From: the human T2T-CHM13v2.0 reference genome, Homo sapiens | Reading direction: 5' to 3' (one strand) | Assembly (NCBI RefSeq): GCF_009914755.1 | Contig: NC_060930.1 | Length of the DNA: 64,000 bases | The notes under the pieces: model-generated | Seen by the model: only the letters and a program-made list of their open reading frames with translations | Database searches by the model: none | Told to the model about the DNA's origin: nothing | Made by a program: the position numbers and the translations under genes | Shown here: positions 48,789 to 64,000 of the stretch, in pieces | Position numbering within the stretch: the first letter of the stretch is position 1 | Layout: each line of letters begins with the position of its first letter

Positions 48789-49308
48789 TTTATTAAGGAG
48801 AATTGGCTTACACGATCATAAGGCAAAGTCCCATGGTGGGCCATCTGCAAGCTGAGGAAGAAAGAAGCCAGTAGTGACTCAGTGTGAGTCTAAAAGCCTC
48901 AAAAGTAGGGAAGCCAACAGCCTTCAGTCTGTAGTCAAAGGCCCGAGATCCCCCGGCAAACCACTGATGTAAATCCAGGAGTCCAAAGGTTGAAGAACTT
49001 GGAGTCTGTTGTCCAAGGGTAGGAGGAACAATGGATGGAAGCATCCAGCACAGGAGAAAGTTGAAAGCCGGAAGACTCAGCAAGCCAGCTTATCCCATCT
49101 TCTTACACCTGCTTTGTTCTAGCCACACTGGTAGCTGACTGGATGGTGCCCACCCACGTTGAGGGTGGGTCTTCATCTGCCAGTCCACTGACTCAAATGT
49201 TAATCTCCTCTGGCAAAACCCTCACAGACACACCCAGAAACAAAACTTTACCAGCTATCCAGGCATCCTTCAATCCAATTAAGTTGACACCTAGTATTAA
49301 CCATCACA
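48789..49308 (-). mobile_element. MLT2A (ERVL) LTR, 3' end deleted
   Basis: CCACTGACTCAAATGTTAATCTCCT..AAGTTGACAC..TATTAACCATCACA terminus. Confidence 0.88.
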
Positions 49309-49399
49309 CTTAGTAAAGTAAGAGTCTCACACACACAAGCCTATGTATGTTCGAATGACTACATTGTTGGGTTTATAATATAAATAATAATAGTAAAAG

Positions 49400-49835
49400 A
49401 TAGGAAATAAAACTAAACTAGAATAAGTTTGCTTTATTTTACTGACAATAAGTCAGTACTTACTTGAAGGCTATTATTTTCAGTTTAAGATTCATATAAT
49501 AATGCAACCATTAAAATCTAACTTATAAATATAACTAAAAAATCAACAGGTAAATATAAAATGTATACATTTGATGCAAAAAAGGTAGTAAAGAAGGAAG
49601 AGTGGAATAAAAAATAAATGAGAAAAAATGAAAAAGCAAAACGGCAGGTCTAAATCCTAACGTATTGATTATTATTCAAACAATTAAATACTTATCAAAT
49701 ATTTGTTTAATAAATACAATGTATTAATATTAATAATTAAAATAAATATGAAGGAGGAGACATTCTAATTAAAAGAGATTGTCAAATTGGTAAAAAAATA
49801 GGTTCCAACTATATGCTATTTATAGATGAGGCACT
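49400..49835 (+). mobile_element. L1ME-type inter-ORF/ORF2-start fragment
   Basis: AATTAAAAGAGATTGTCAAATTGG..CCAACTATATGCT. Confidence 0.55.
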
Positions 49836-50072
49836 TTATTTATTTATTTATTTTTTCTTTTATTATTATTATACTTTAAGTTTTAGGGTACATGTGCACA
49901 TTGTGAAGGTTAGTTACATATGTATACATGTGCCATGCTAGTGTGCTGCACCCATTAACTCATCATTTAGCATTAGGTATATCTCCTAAAGCTATCCCTC
50001 CCCCCTCCCCCCACCCCACAACAGTCCCCAGAGTGTGATGTTCCCCTTCCTGTGTCCATGTGTTCTCATTGT

Positions 50073-53874
<3,802 letters not shown>

Positions 53875-53937
53875 TATGATGCTAGCTGGTTATTTTGCTC
53901 GTTAGTTGATGAAGTTTCTTCCTAGCCTCAATGGTCT

Positions 53938-54955
53938 TTATAACTTGGCTTGTTTTTGCAGTGGCTGGCACCAGTTGTTCCTTTCCATGTGTAGTGTTTC
54001 CTTCAGGAGCTCTTTTAGGACAGGCCTGGTGGTGACAAAACTCTCTCAGCATTTGCTTATCTGTAAAGGATTTTATTTATCCTTCACTTCTGAAGCTTAG
54101 TTTATCTGGATATGAAATTTTGTCTTGAAAATTGTTTTCTTTAAGAATGTTGAATATTGGCTCACACTGTTTTCTGGCTTGTAGAGTTTCTGCTGAGACA
54201 TCAGCTGTTAGTCTGATGGGCTTCCTTTTGTGGTTAACCCGACCTTTCTCTCTGGCTGCCCTTAACATTTTTTCCTTCATTTCAACTTTGGTGAATCTTA
54301 CAATTATGTGTCTTGGAGTTGCTCTTCTCGAGGAGTATCTTTGTGGCATTCTCTGTATTTCCTGAATTTGAATGTTGGCCTGCCTTGCTAGATTGGGGAA
54401 GTTCTCCTGGATAATATCCTGCAGAGTGTTTTCCAACTTGGTTCCATTCTCCCCATCACTTTCAGGTACACCAATCAGTTGTAGATTTGGTCTTTTCACA
54501 TAGTCCCATATTTCTTGGAGGCTTTGTTCATTTCTTTTTATACTTTTTTCTCTAAACTTCTCTTCTCACTTCATTTCATTCATTTCATCTTCCATCACTG
54601 ATACCCTTTCTTCCAGTTGATCAAATCGGCTACTGAGGCTTGTGCATTCGTCACATAGCTCTCATGCCATGGTTTTCAGCTCCATCAGGTCCTTTAAGGA
54701 CTTCTCTGCATTGGTTATTCTAGGTAGTCATTGGTCTAATTTTTTTTCAAGATTTTTAACTTCCTTGCCATGGGTTTGAACTTCCTCCTTTAGCTCAGAG
54801 TAGTTTGATCGTCTGAAGGCTTCTTCTCTCAACTCGTCAAAGTCATTCTCCATCCAGCTTTATTCTGTTGCTGGTGAGGAACTTCGTTCCTTTGGTGGAG
54901 AAGAGGCACTCTGATTTTTGGAGTTTCCAGTTTTTCTGCTCTGTTTTTTCCCCAT
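53938..54955 (-). pseudogene. L1 ORF1p, disrupted
   Basis: MGKKQSRKTGNSKNQS start, early stop; RRM fragment 54077-54499. Confidence 0.9.
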
Positions 54956-55059
54956 CTTTGTGGTTTTATCTACCTTTGGTCTTTGATGATGGTGACGTAC
55001 AGATGGTGTTTTGGTGTGGATGTCCTTTCTGTTTGTTAGTTTTCCTTCTGTCATTCAGG

Positions 55060-55968
55060 ACCCTCAGCTGCAGGTCTGTTGGAGTTTGCTGGAGGTCCAC
55101 TCCAGACCCTGTTTGCCTGGGTATCAGCAGCGGAGTCTGCAGAACAGCGGATATTGGTGAACAGCAAATGTTGCTGCCCGATCGTTCCTATGGAAGTTTT
55201 GTCTCAGAGGAGTACCCAGCCATGTGAGTTGTCAGTCTGCCCCTACTGGGGGTTGCCTCCCAGTTAGGCTACTCAGGGGTCAGGGACCCACTTGAGGAGG
55301 CCGTCTGTCCATTCTCAGATCTCCAGTTGCGTGCTGGGAGAACCACTGCTCTCTTCAAAGCTGTCAAACAGGGACATTTATGTCTGCAGAGGTTTCTGCT
55401 GCCTTTTGTTTGGCTATGCCCTAGCCCCAGCGGTGAAGTCTACAGAGGCAGGCAGGCCTCCTTGAGGTGCGGTGGGCTCCACCCAGTTCGAGCTTCCTGG
55501 TGGCTTTGTTTACCTACTCAAGCCTCAGCAATGGCGGACGCCCCTCCCCCAGCCTCGCTACCGCCTTGCAGTTTGATCTCAGACTGCTGTGCTAGCAATG
55601 AGCAAGACTCTGAGCCATGTACGGGATATAATCTCCTGGTGTGCCATTTGCTAAGACCGTTGGAAGAGCGCAGTATTAGGGTGGGAGTGACCCGATTTTC
55701 CAGGTGCCATCTGTCACCCCTTTCTTTGATTAGGAAAGGGAATTCCCTGACCCCTTGCACTTCTTGGGTGAGGCAATGCCTCGCTTTGCTTTGGCTCACA
55801 CTCAGTGCGCTGCACCCACTGTCCTGCACCCACTTTCCGACATTCGCCAGTGAGATGAACCTGGTACCTCAGTTGGAAATGCAGAAATCACCCGTCTTCT
55901 ATTTCGCTCACGCTGGGATCTGTAGACTGGAGCTGTTCCTATTTGGCCATCTTGCCTCCACCCTCCCC
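55060..55968. promoter_or_regulatory. L1 5'UTR bidirectional promoter; the antisense promoter points in the MEI4 sense direction
   Basis: YY1 motif (GGCCATCTT at 55945-55953); retains the ~129-bp segment (~55085-55212) lost in younger L1PA3/PA2/HS; activity is inferred only. Confidence 0.6.
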
Positions 55969-56097
55969 ATCTCTTTTTTCTTTCTTTTTGCTTTATTAGT
56001 AGTTCACATCCCTTTCTCTGTTCTAGAATCATTTGACCAGTTTCTGAGTATACTGATATCCAGGATCTTTCCCAGAAAAATGAAAATATCTACGTGA
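55531..56097 (+). CDS. L1 ORF0-derived ORF, extended to 188 aa (putative)
   Basis: gcaATGg Kozak; MADAPPPASLPPCSLISDCCASN matches the L1 ORF0 N-terminus; open through the L1 5' end into flank; expression unknown. Confidence 0.4.
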   Translation: MADAPPPASLPPCSLISDCCASNEQDSEPCTGYNLLVCHLLRPLEERSIRVGVTRFSRCHLSPLSLIRKGNSLTPCTSWVRQCLALLWLTLSALHPLSCTHFPTFASEMNLVPQLEMQKSPVFYFAHAGICRLELFLFGHLASTLPISFFFLFALLVVHIPFSVLESFDQFLSILISRIFPRKMKIST

Positions 56098-56114
56098 TGG
56101 AGTTCAGATATCAT

Positions 56115-56175
56115 TACCATTTTAAAAGCTTTCCAGGTGATTCTGAAGTATATCCATGTTTGAAAGGCACTCATC
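56115..56175. mobile_element. MER5A fragment
   Basis: TTTTAAAAGCTTTCCAGGTGATTCTGA..GTTTGA.AGGCACT. Confidence 0.6.
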
Positions 56176-58144
56176 TATACATGATAGCTATCTAGTCTTC
56201 TAAGACAAGCATTGTCTGTCAATCTTATTTAATAGAGTTTTAGTCACATGTATGCTTATAAATGTCATGATTTTGGTATGACAAATATATTTTATGGGGC
56301 ATTGGATTTTGTTCAGCAGGTTTTATCTGTACTTTTGGCATCGTTTGGCATATGCCATTTTAACTATAAAACATTTTGAAATTATATTGAGAAGTGTGTT
56401 GTTTGGAACTTTTATTATTATAAAATAAAATACAATCAAGTAATAGAAGATATTTTTATATTGGATGATAAAGATTATTTTATTGTAGAGAAAAAATACC
56501 TTTGGGTTGGAAAGGTAAATAATATGTAAAAATATGATAAAACCTAGATACAAATAAGAATTCCTTCCCACCATGTCACCCCTTCAGCCTTCTTATTAGA
56601 TACCATACTTCTGTACAGTAGTGCTTTGAATATGAATTAATAGTATTCTGTGACCTATCACCATTCCCTGCTATGTTTTTCTTATTCAAGGTGACTCATT
56701 AAAATTTCATGAGCTTTCCAGCCTCCCACTTTTGATAATACTGTGTTCATTTTATTTTCAGTTAGATATTATACCATATAAAATGTATATTTGAAAAATC
56801 TTTTATGTAAGATCAACTTAAGAAAACTGTGTTGGGGGAACATTATTGCTCAAGGTCTAAAAAGAATAGGAGTTGAATTTTAAATTCTACTTTCTATTCA
56901 ATTTAAATAGTAATTAGAGCTTTACATTTTTATAAGTTGTAGAGAAATAATGACAGTATAATCAGTTACTTAGTATTAGTGTCTTAGACCAGGAAAATAT
57001 TTGTAAATAAGCTTCAAACACCTTACAGTTTAAAAATCAGGATTATTGCTTCAAGGAAAGAAAATTCTAAAAGGATAATGGTAAATAGATTAAGGATAAT
57101 GTATTGTTTAAAAATATATACAGGTCTCTTACATAGATAATTTTTGCTGTTTTCTCTTTCCCTTAGAACAGAAAAATAATCATTTCATTCTGTAGCACAA
57201 GGACTTACATGAAGATTTTTTTTCTAACAACAAAATTTGTTAAGCATTAGAATGGATTATTAGAGAAAGTTATAAAATCTCTTTCTCTTGATGTCTCTAA
57301 AAATAGAATCATAGCTCCTTTTCTTAGGATGTAAAGAATATTTCTTCCTAAGAGAAGAGGGATGAAAATAACCTGACCTCTCACAATCCCTTTCGTCTGG
57401 CTTGTTTCATATTGCTTTGCTTGAGGAAAATGTATGTCCAAAATCTCATTATAGTCTTGGCCAAAAGAAAAGAGGACTAAGGAATAACTTTAGAACAGAG
57501 CATGTACATAAAGTGCATAGATAACATGCTGTTAATTTTCCATGAAGTCCTACTTCTGCATATTTATTGCTTTGGGCTTTACGAAAAATAAATAAGGTTT
57601 GATTTAATCAGTGTTGTTCAGTTATCTTTTCTTAGAAACAATATAATATCTACTCTGGGAGGCTGAAGTGTCTCTCAGTGTCTATAATAGCATACTTATT
57701 GGTGTTTTGGAGTACCTAGAAATGCCCTTGATAAACCCTTTGGTTACAGGTTAGCACATGCAGTGGTGATAAACAGAGAATTTAAGGAATCTGTAATATA
57801 TGATTGCCTTCATAGAAATTTATATAACAGGTATTTCTATGGGGTGATTCTCACCCTGCCAAGATTCAGGGTATGTATAGAATATAGGGAAAGTTTTATA
57901 TATAAAGGGATACTTGTTCTGGTTATTGGAATATTAATAAGTATTGAACCAATGATTTATCAAGGCCATGGTGATGTAAAAAATAAAAATGGAGGAACTT
58001 CTAGAGCATGGAGTTGTGCAGGAAATACAGGTATATGGGTGCTTTGAGGTCATATTTACTGAATGTCTTAGATCATTAATTTAAAGGAATTTGGTTGTTA
58101 CAGAGCTTCAATTACTGTTTTATGGAATTTGTTTATTAAGAGAT

Positions 58145-58345
58145 CAGGGATTGGCAAACTATGCTATTGGGTCAAATCCAGCCTACGACTTGTTTTTGTA
58201 AATCAGGTTTTACTGGAACACATCTACACCCATGTGTTTATGTGTTGTCTATGGCTGCTTTTGTACCACAATGGCAGAGTTGGGTAGTTCCAACAGAAAT
58301 GTAAGGTCTGCAAAGCCTAATATATTTCGTATCTGACCTTTTAAG
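58145..58345 (+). mobile_element. MER58A (hAT-Charlie)
   Basis: CAGGGATTGGCAAACTAT..TTTTACTGGAACACA..CAATGGCAGAGTTG..CAAAGCCTAA. Confidence 0.8.
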
Positions 58346-59054
58346 ATAACCAGCGTCATAGATGATCATTTTGCTATTTTGCTTTGTTTTGTTTTCCCTG
58401 GAAAATGGTCTGATCAGATTTATGACTTAGAAAACTAGCTTTGGCAGCCCTGAGAGGATATCAGCTTCTTGACATATGCTATTTCTTTGGAAATAGGTGT
58501 GCTTCATAAGTTTTTTTTTTTTTTTCTTAAGAATGGATGTGTGAATCAATGAATTACAAATTTATTAGGAAGTACTTCTGTGAGTTAAGAAGTAATTTTA
58601 GATTTCAGTTAAAATCTAATAAAGGCCTGAAATAGGGTGATGGCAGGAAAGAGCAGAGAGAATATAATTTAAAAGTTATTTGAGAAATAGAATTAGCTGG
58701 ACTTCATGTCATTTTAGTCAAAATCATATGTTTGTTTGTTTTACCAGTGGCCCTTATTTTAAAGCTCTTCATTATGGGAATTTTTAAACATTTACAAAAG
58801 TAGGGATGAACAACTATGTAATTCACCCCCAGTCTTAACAATAGACATTTGCCAATCATGTTTTTATCTACCCTTGCTCCTTAAAAACATGACACTGTTG
58901 CTGGAATATTTCAAGTAAAACCAAGGACTAGTCTAAGGGTGATCAATACTGCTAACCCTGCTAATAATCTCACTGCAGATATAGGTACACAATCAATGTT
59001 AGTATATTTCCTAGTTTAACTTAAAAGGTAGCTTGAACAGTGCTTGTCATAGAG

Positions 59055-59215
59055 TAGTGTAATGGCTCTTACCTAGGAAGGTTTTCCAAAATGCACATGC
59101 CTGGGACTATCCACAGACATTCTGATTTTATGGTTCTTGAGAAGTATTATGGTCATGCATTTTGAAAATATCCCAGAAGTTATTCCAGTGAACACCAAAG
59201 GCTGCAGAGTACTGG
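59055..59215. mobile_element. MER5-like fragment
   Basis: AAAATGCACATGCCTGGG..CAGACATTCTGATTT. Confidence 0.55.
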
Positions 59216-59411
59216 ATTAGTTAAACACCTTGGCTGCATAAGATATCTTTATGAGTTGTACACACAAAAAACAGATGCTAAATTTTCGACCATTGCATCT
59301 TTTTGAGGCCTAAATCAATACCAAGGCTGTGAATACTATAACAGCAATACTATGTCTAAGCATTTTTAAATTCAGAAAGTTTGAAAGCAGTGCAGCGGAC
59401 ACCTTATACAT

Positions 59412-59530
59412 AGAGTAAACCTGTTTCTGTGATTGCCTGGGCCAGTTCTGTTATTGCCTGTTGTCCTAGAGTAATTGTTAATAGCACTCCATTTCATTCT
59501 GAAAAGGGTCCCAGTTACAAATATGATGGA
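59412..59530. mobile_element. MER94/MER81-like (hAT-Blackjack) fragment
   Basis: TTGCCTGGG.CAG..GCCTGTTGTCCT..GTAATT.TTAATAGC. Confidence 0.55.
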
Positions 59531-60038
59531 ATATGAAATGTCAATATTCACTAATATAAGTATTCAGCCTACTTTTAGATCATAGAAAATGATTTGAATT
59601 TATGTCTGAAATCAAATGGAAACCCACTGAACAAAAGAATAATGTGATTCCAGTTTTGTTTTGAAAAGATCAGTGGTCAGTATTGGCAAATTGATTAAGG
59701 GCAGCAAGGGTATCCCTAATTCCAGATGATGGCACTAAAAAGAGATGCTATTCAGATGAACTTTTGGCTCTAGAAGTGTGAAACTCAGAACAGAGGTATA
59801 GACTAGAAATCAGTGTGGAGACCCTCAATGTCAAGAAGTATAGAAATGGCTGAGATCAATTAAGAGACAGTGTAAAAAAAATGAAAACAGGAGAGGACTA
59901 GGATTGGTCCTGGGTTAGTCTGGTATTTTAATGTTTGCAAAAGGAAAAAGGAGGTCAGGCAACAGATGAAAAGAGGAAAACCTTGAGAGGAGGTTGTTTC
60001 AGAGAGAGTTTCATCACTATTAAAAGCTGTTTTGAGGG

Positions 60039-60455
60039 TGTCACAGGTTGAATTCCCTGGGAAGCAGATTCTGAGATGTGTAATGTGAAGGATATTTATT
60101 TAGAAGGCCTTTGGGATCAAGCCCTTAGGAAAAGAAAGGACAGAAACAGGATAAGAAGAAGTGGAGCATCAGTAGGCTCACTGACACCCTGGGGATTCCT
60201 GGAGCTAGAATGGTTTTTCAAGGCTGTCCTAAGTTGGGCCGGGACACCAGGTCATTATACTCCTGCATTGATCAATTCTGGAATGTGGGCCATTCTATGA
60301 AGGGGCATGACTTTGGGTGACGTGGCTCTCTGCAAATGAGGCAATGTCTGAAGGAGCTGGCAGCTGAAGGCTGCCTGTAGAAAGTGCTCCATACAGTTGG
60401 GGCAACAAGTGCTTCCTTGAAATGTGATCTGGGTGTCATATCACGGTGTCTACCA
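60039..60455 (-). mobile_element. LTR16A-like (ERVL) solo LTR
   Basis: TGTCACAGGTTGAATTCCCTGGGAAGCAGATTCTGAGAT terminus; flanks GAGGG/GAGGA. Confidence 0.7.
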
Positions 60456-60489
60456 GAGGACAAGTTAGAGGAGTATATTTAAGTGACAT

Positions 60490-60570
60490 TTGTTTATTTA
60501 CTTACTCAACATAATTATTGAACATCTACATTGTGCCTAACAGTGGACTAAGTGCTCGTGGAAAAATATG
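60490..60570 (-). mobile_element. L2 3' end
   Basis: ATTTACTTACTCAACATAATTATTGAACATCTACATTGTGCC. Confidence 0.6.
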
Positions 60571-62539
60571 TAAAACAACTATTGCATATTGTAATAAATG
60601 TAGTGAAATAAATGAACAGGGTCAAGTAATAGAGAATACAGGGTCAGGATTTACTTAGTTTATTTAAGGAAGTCATTGTGACCTTTACAAAAATAGTTTA
60701 GTGGAGTGGTTTGGGTAGAAACAGATTGGGGTAGTAGGAGAAATGCATGCAGTAGTTTTATTTTCAAACAGATGGGTTGTAATTTCTTTATATGTGAAAA
60801 GATAATGTGAGCTTCTTATATTAAAAACTTACTAATTATTGATGACTCATATATAGATTTCTCTTATATTTAGATTTTAGAATTCTTTCACTTCTGTTCA
60901 CTTAGTTGATTCTCAATCTTGCATGGTTTACAGGAAAGGTATATTATGCGTTTTGTAATGATAATGGAGCTCATAGAGGCCAGGGAGTATACCTAGAGTT
61001 ACAGAGTCTGGTGGAAAATAGAATGAGGCTGAGAATTCTGTCTTTTGACATATTCTCCAGTAGTCATTCTATCAAGTCAAACTAACCTACTAACTGGTTA
61101 ATATTAGGGAGGGTTTAAGTATCTTTTACCAAATCTAAATAACCATAATATTGCATGTGAAGTTATCAGATGAAATAGAATATCTGAGACATGCTTATAT
61201 TGAAAAAAAAATCATTGTTTATTTGAAATTTAAATTATTTGTGTTTCTTGTATTTTAATTTGCTAAGTCTAGCAGCTCTAGTTGTGTGGCTCAGTGAGAT
61301 TTTTAGATTTCTTTACAGTCTATGCTATGAAAAAAATAATTTTCTAATATCATGTGCAGTTGGCAGCACTAGAAATATTAAGACCTGTCAAGTATGAGAC
61401 CTATGTTGTTGGGCATACCTAAATGAATGTAAGTTGAAGTAAGCTAAATCAATGCATGCTGAGCAAGTCTGGCTCCTATATGTTGCCCACCATCAGATGT
61501 GGAATCTCATTAATGTCCACCCAGTCTTCCCAGGTGAGAAGAGACATGACAAGATAGTTTTAATGAGTGTTGAGGTATATCTAGCAGATGGTTCAGCATT
61601 TTCTGGTGCCAAGTAGGAAAAATCTGTAGTTAACACTTGAATGGATCTGCAAATCTTCTTCCAGGCCACCTGTTGGGGATTCTGTAAGATTATCTCTGGC
61701 CTTGGGATAGTAAATGTTGTGGAAAAAAAGGAATAGGAGCAGTTTGTCACAGTCTGTCATGATTAGACACTGATCTCTAGGCCAGCTGCTGTCCGGAAAA
61801 AGCGTATTTAAGAGTATGATCATACAGGTGAGACTATGAGCCTGATAAGGGGTGAAGAAGGCATCTGCCCGGTGCCAGAAAACAAAAAGTAAAGGCAATT
61901 TAGTCAATAAATTTCACTTGCACTTGTTTGAACATTGATGTTAAACTTAGAATTCCTAGGCTGTCATTTTTATAACATGAAAAGTAATTAAAACTCAGAC
62001 TTCATGAGGCTTTCTAGCATTTGGCTAGAATCTTGCTGTTAAAGGAAAAATACATGTTATAGACTCCTTGAATTTATAATAATCAAAGGTTAATACATAA
62101 ATAGCCACAAAATATACAAGGAAGTATTCAAAAATAACATGCATTTTTCAGGCATAAAACAGCAGTATTTATTCTTGTTTGTATTTTGGATGTTATAAAT
62201 GATTCTGTTTTATCTTGTGGAATCCATGGTCTGTCTCCAAATTAATGTGTTTGAATATATCTTCTTGATTAGATCTTTTGCTGTGAGCAGGAGGAAAAGA
62301 AAAAAAAATCTATCTACCTTAAATCAGAACTGCTTATATTGAACTTGATTGCATGATTGGATATTCAAGATTATTTAATTAAAACTCAATTGCAGTCTAA
62401 TTTTCTTTTAACATTTGATTAAAGCTGTATAAATAGATATCAGAGACATCGTTCCATTGTTTGTAGATGATCTCCAGTATTAGAAAACAAATATATTTAA
62501 GGACACACATGTGTTTACTAGTTTGGCATGTAGTTAACA

Positions 62540-62740
62540 AGCATAGACTAGTATCAGATTGTCAAAGGTCTTGGTTTGAGTCCTGACTTCATCATTTATT
62601 TGCTGTGTGACCTTGGGAAAGTAGTTCACCTCTCTGAACGCCAATAATTTTGTAAAAGGTGAATAATCATAAGGTGATTCTGAGGATAGAAAGTCCAATC
62701 TAGAGAGAATGCTTAAAATACTATCTAGCATAATGAACTG
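62540..62740 (+). mobile_element. MIR
   Basis: GGTTTGAGTCCTGACTTC..GCTGTGTGACCTTGGGAAAGT..CACCTCTCTGA. Confidence 0.8.
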
Positions 62741-62888
62741 TGTAAAGTATGTTTTGATATGTGTTCATAGAACAAATTTTATGAGAGTTCATATATAGAG
62801 GATGAGATAATTTCAAAATATTCCATAAAAGAGCACTTGAAATAAGCCATGTTAGAAGTAAATCTTAATGTATTTTAACATTTTGATG

Positions 62889-63178
<290 letters not shown>

Positions 63179-64000
63179 TTATATTTGGCAGGACTTACTA
63201 TGTAATGTTTTTAAAATAGTGTTTCTATGCAGATAAAGATGCTATACTTAGCTGTTTTATTTTCTAATTTTGGATATTCACAATAACTATATTTGATATG
63301 TGTATGTGATTTCTAAAATCCTTTGTAGGCAATTAATAAACTTATAGTACATAAAGTGATGTATTTTAGGATCCTGAGAGATGTGTGTGGAAATAAACCT
63401 TATTTCTGTTCAAAAGGAGGTTATTTAGGTAATAACAGTGAACAACCATATTCTGTGAAGTTATAGCTAAAATACGTGGCTTGTAACTTTTTTTTGGTTT
63501 TATTTTTTCCTAAACAGTTGCTTTTATGTTTGGGATTAATATTTGGAATGATTCTTGAAAAGTTAGACACTAGAACATATACAAGCAGCTGTTGCAAACT
63601 CATATGAATAATTATTTTTTCCTATAATTGTTAATGATCAAAAATTTGAATACCCACAAAAATAAAAAATACAAATAAAGAAAAGCAAGCAAGAAAAAAA
63701 GTTTAAATATGCAAAATTCTAAATATTTAAATATATAACTCATATTGCTTAGAGATGATGATGATGATGTTGATGATTATTATTGGTTTGAGGAAAAGGT
63801 TAGGAGGGTAGAAGGTTTTGAAAGAGAAACTAGAAAGATAGACTAAACTATATGCTTAGAGTGTTCTGTAGGGATTGTTTCTAACTCTCTGTCCTTGATG
63901 TTACTTGTAGTTAGAAGAGGAAATTACCCCATATGAAGTAAGTGATCATGGGTGATACAAAGTTTGACTCCTTGATGGTGGAGGGCTGGAGAGCTTAGGT

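Noticed and set aside
55327-55530. 5' extension of the 256-aa ORF
   Set aside because: It starts at TTG in the L1 UTR; the credible start is the ORF0 ATG at 55531.
61480-61900. Possible cryptic exons (two CAG|GTGAGA donors) and overlapping minus-strand ORFs
   Set aside because: No good acceptor pairing and no recognisable protein; does not match the MEI4 residues I expect next, so the next exon appears to lie beyond the window.

Overview
Primate (human or great-ape) genomic DNA inside MEI4, the meiotic double-strand-break factor, on the + strand. The only host coding sequence is one 536-nt internal exon (12502-13037). The rest is intron filled with retroelements (L1PA2-PA16, L1PB, L1M, HAL1, L2, MIR, Alu, MaLR/ERVL/HERV-K LTRs) and hAT DNA-transposon fossils. 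No L1 has both ORFs intact. I see no prokaryote-style novel system. The most unusual signals lie in the 39-56 kb L1 cluster. (i) Inverted L1 copies share private nonsense and frameshift mutations, which points to at least two non-allelic gene-conversion tracts. (ii) The full-length antisense L1 is a TSD-less L1PA5/L1PA3 chimera. (iii) Its antisense ORF0 is open for 188 aa and contains a phase-0 GT donor compatible with the next MEI4 exon. Several smaller locally templated insertions also occur. Repeat subfamily names come from recalled consensus diagnostics, not a database search, and boundaries of old repeats are approximate.
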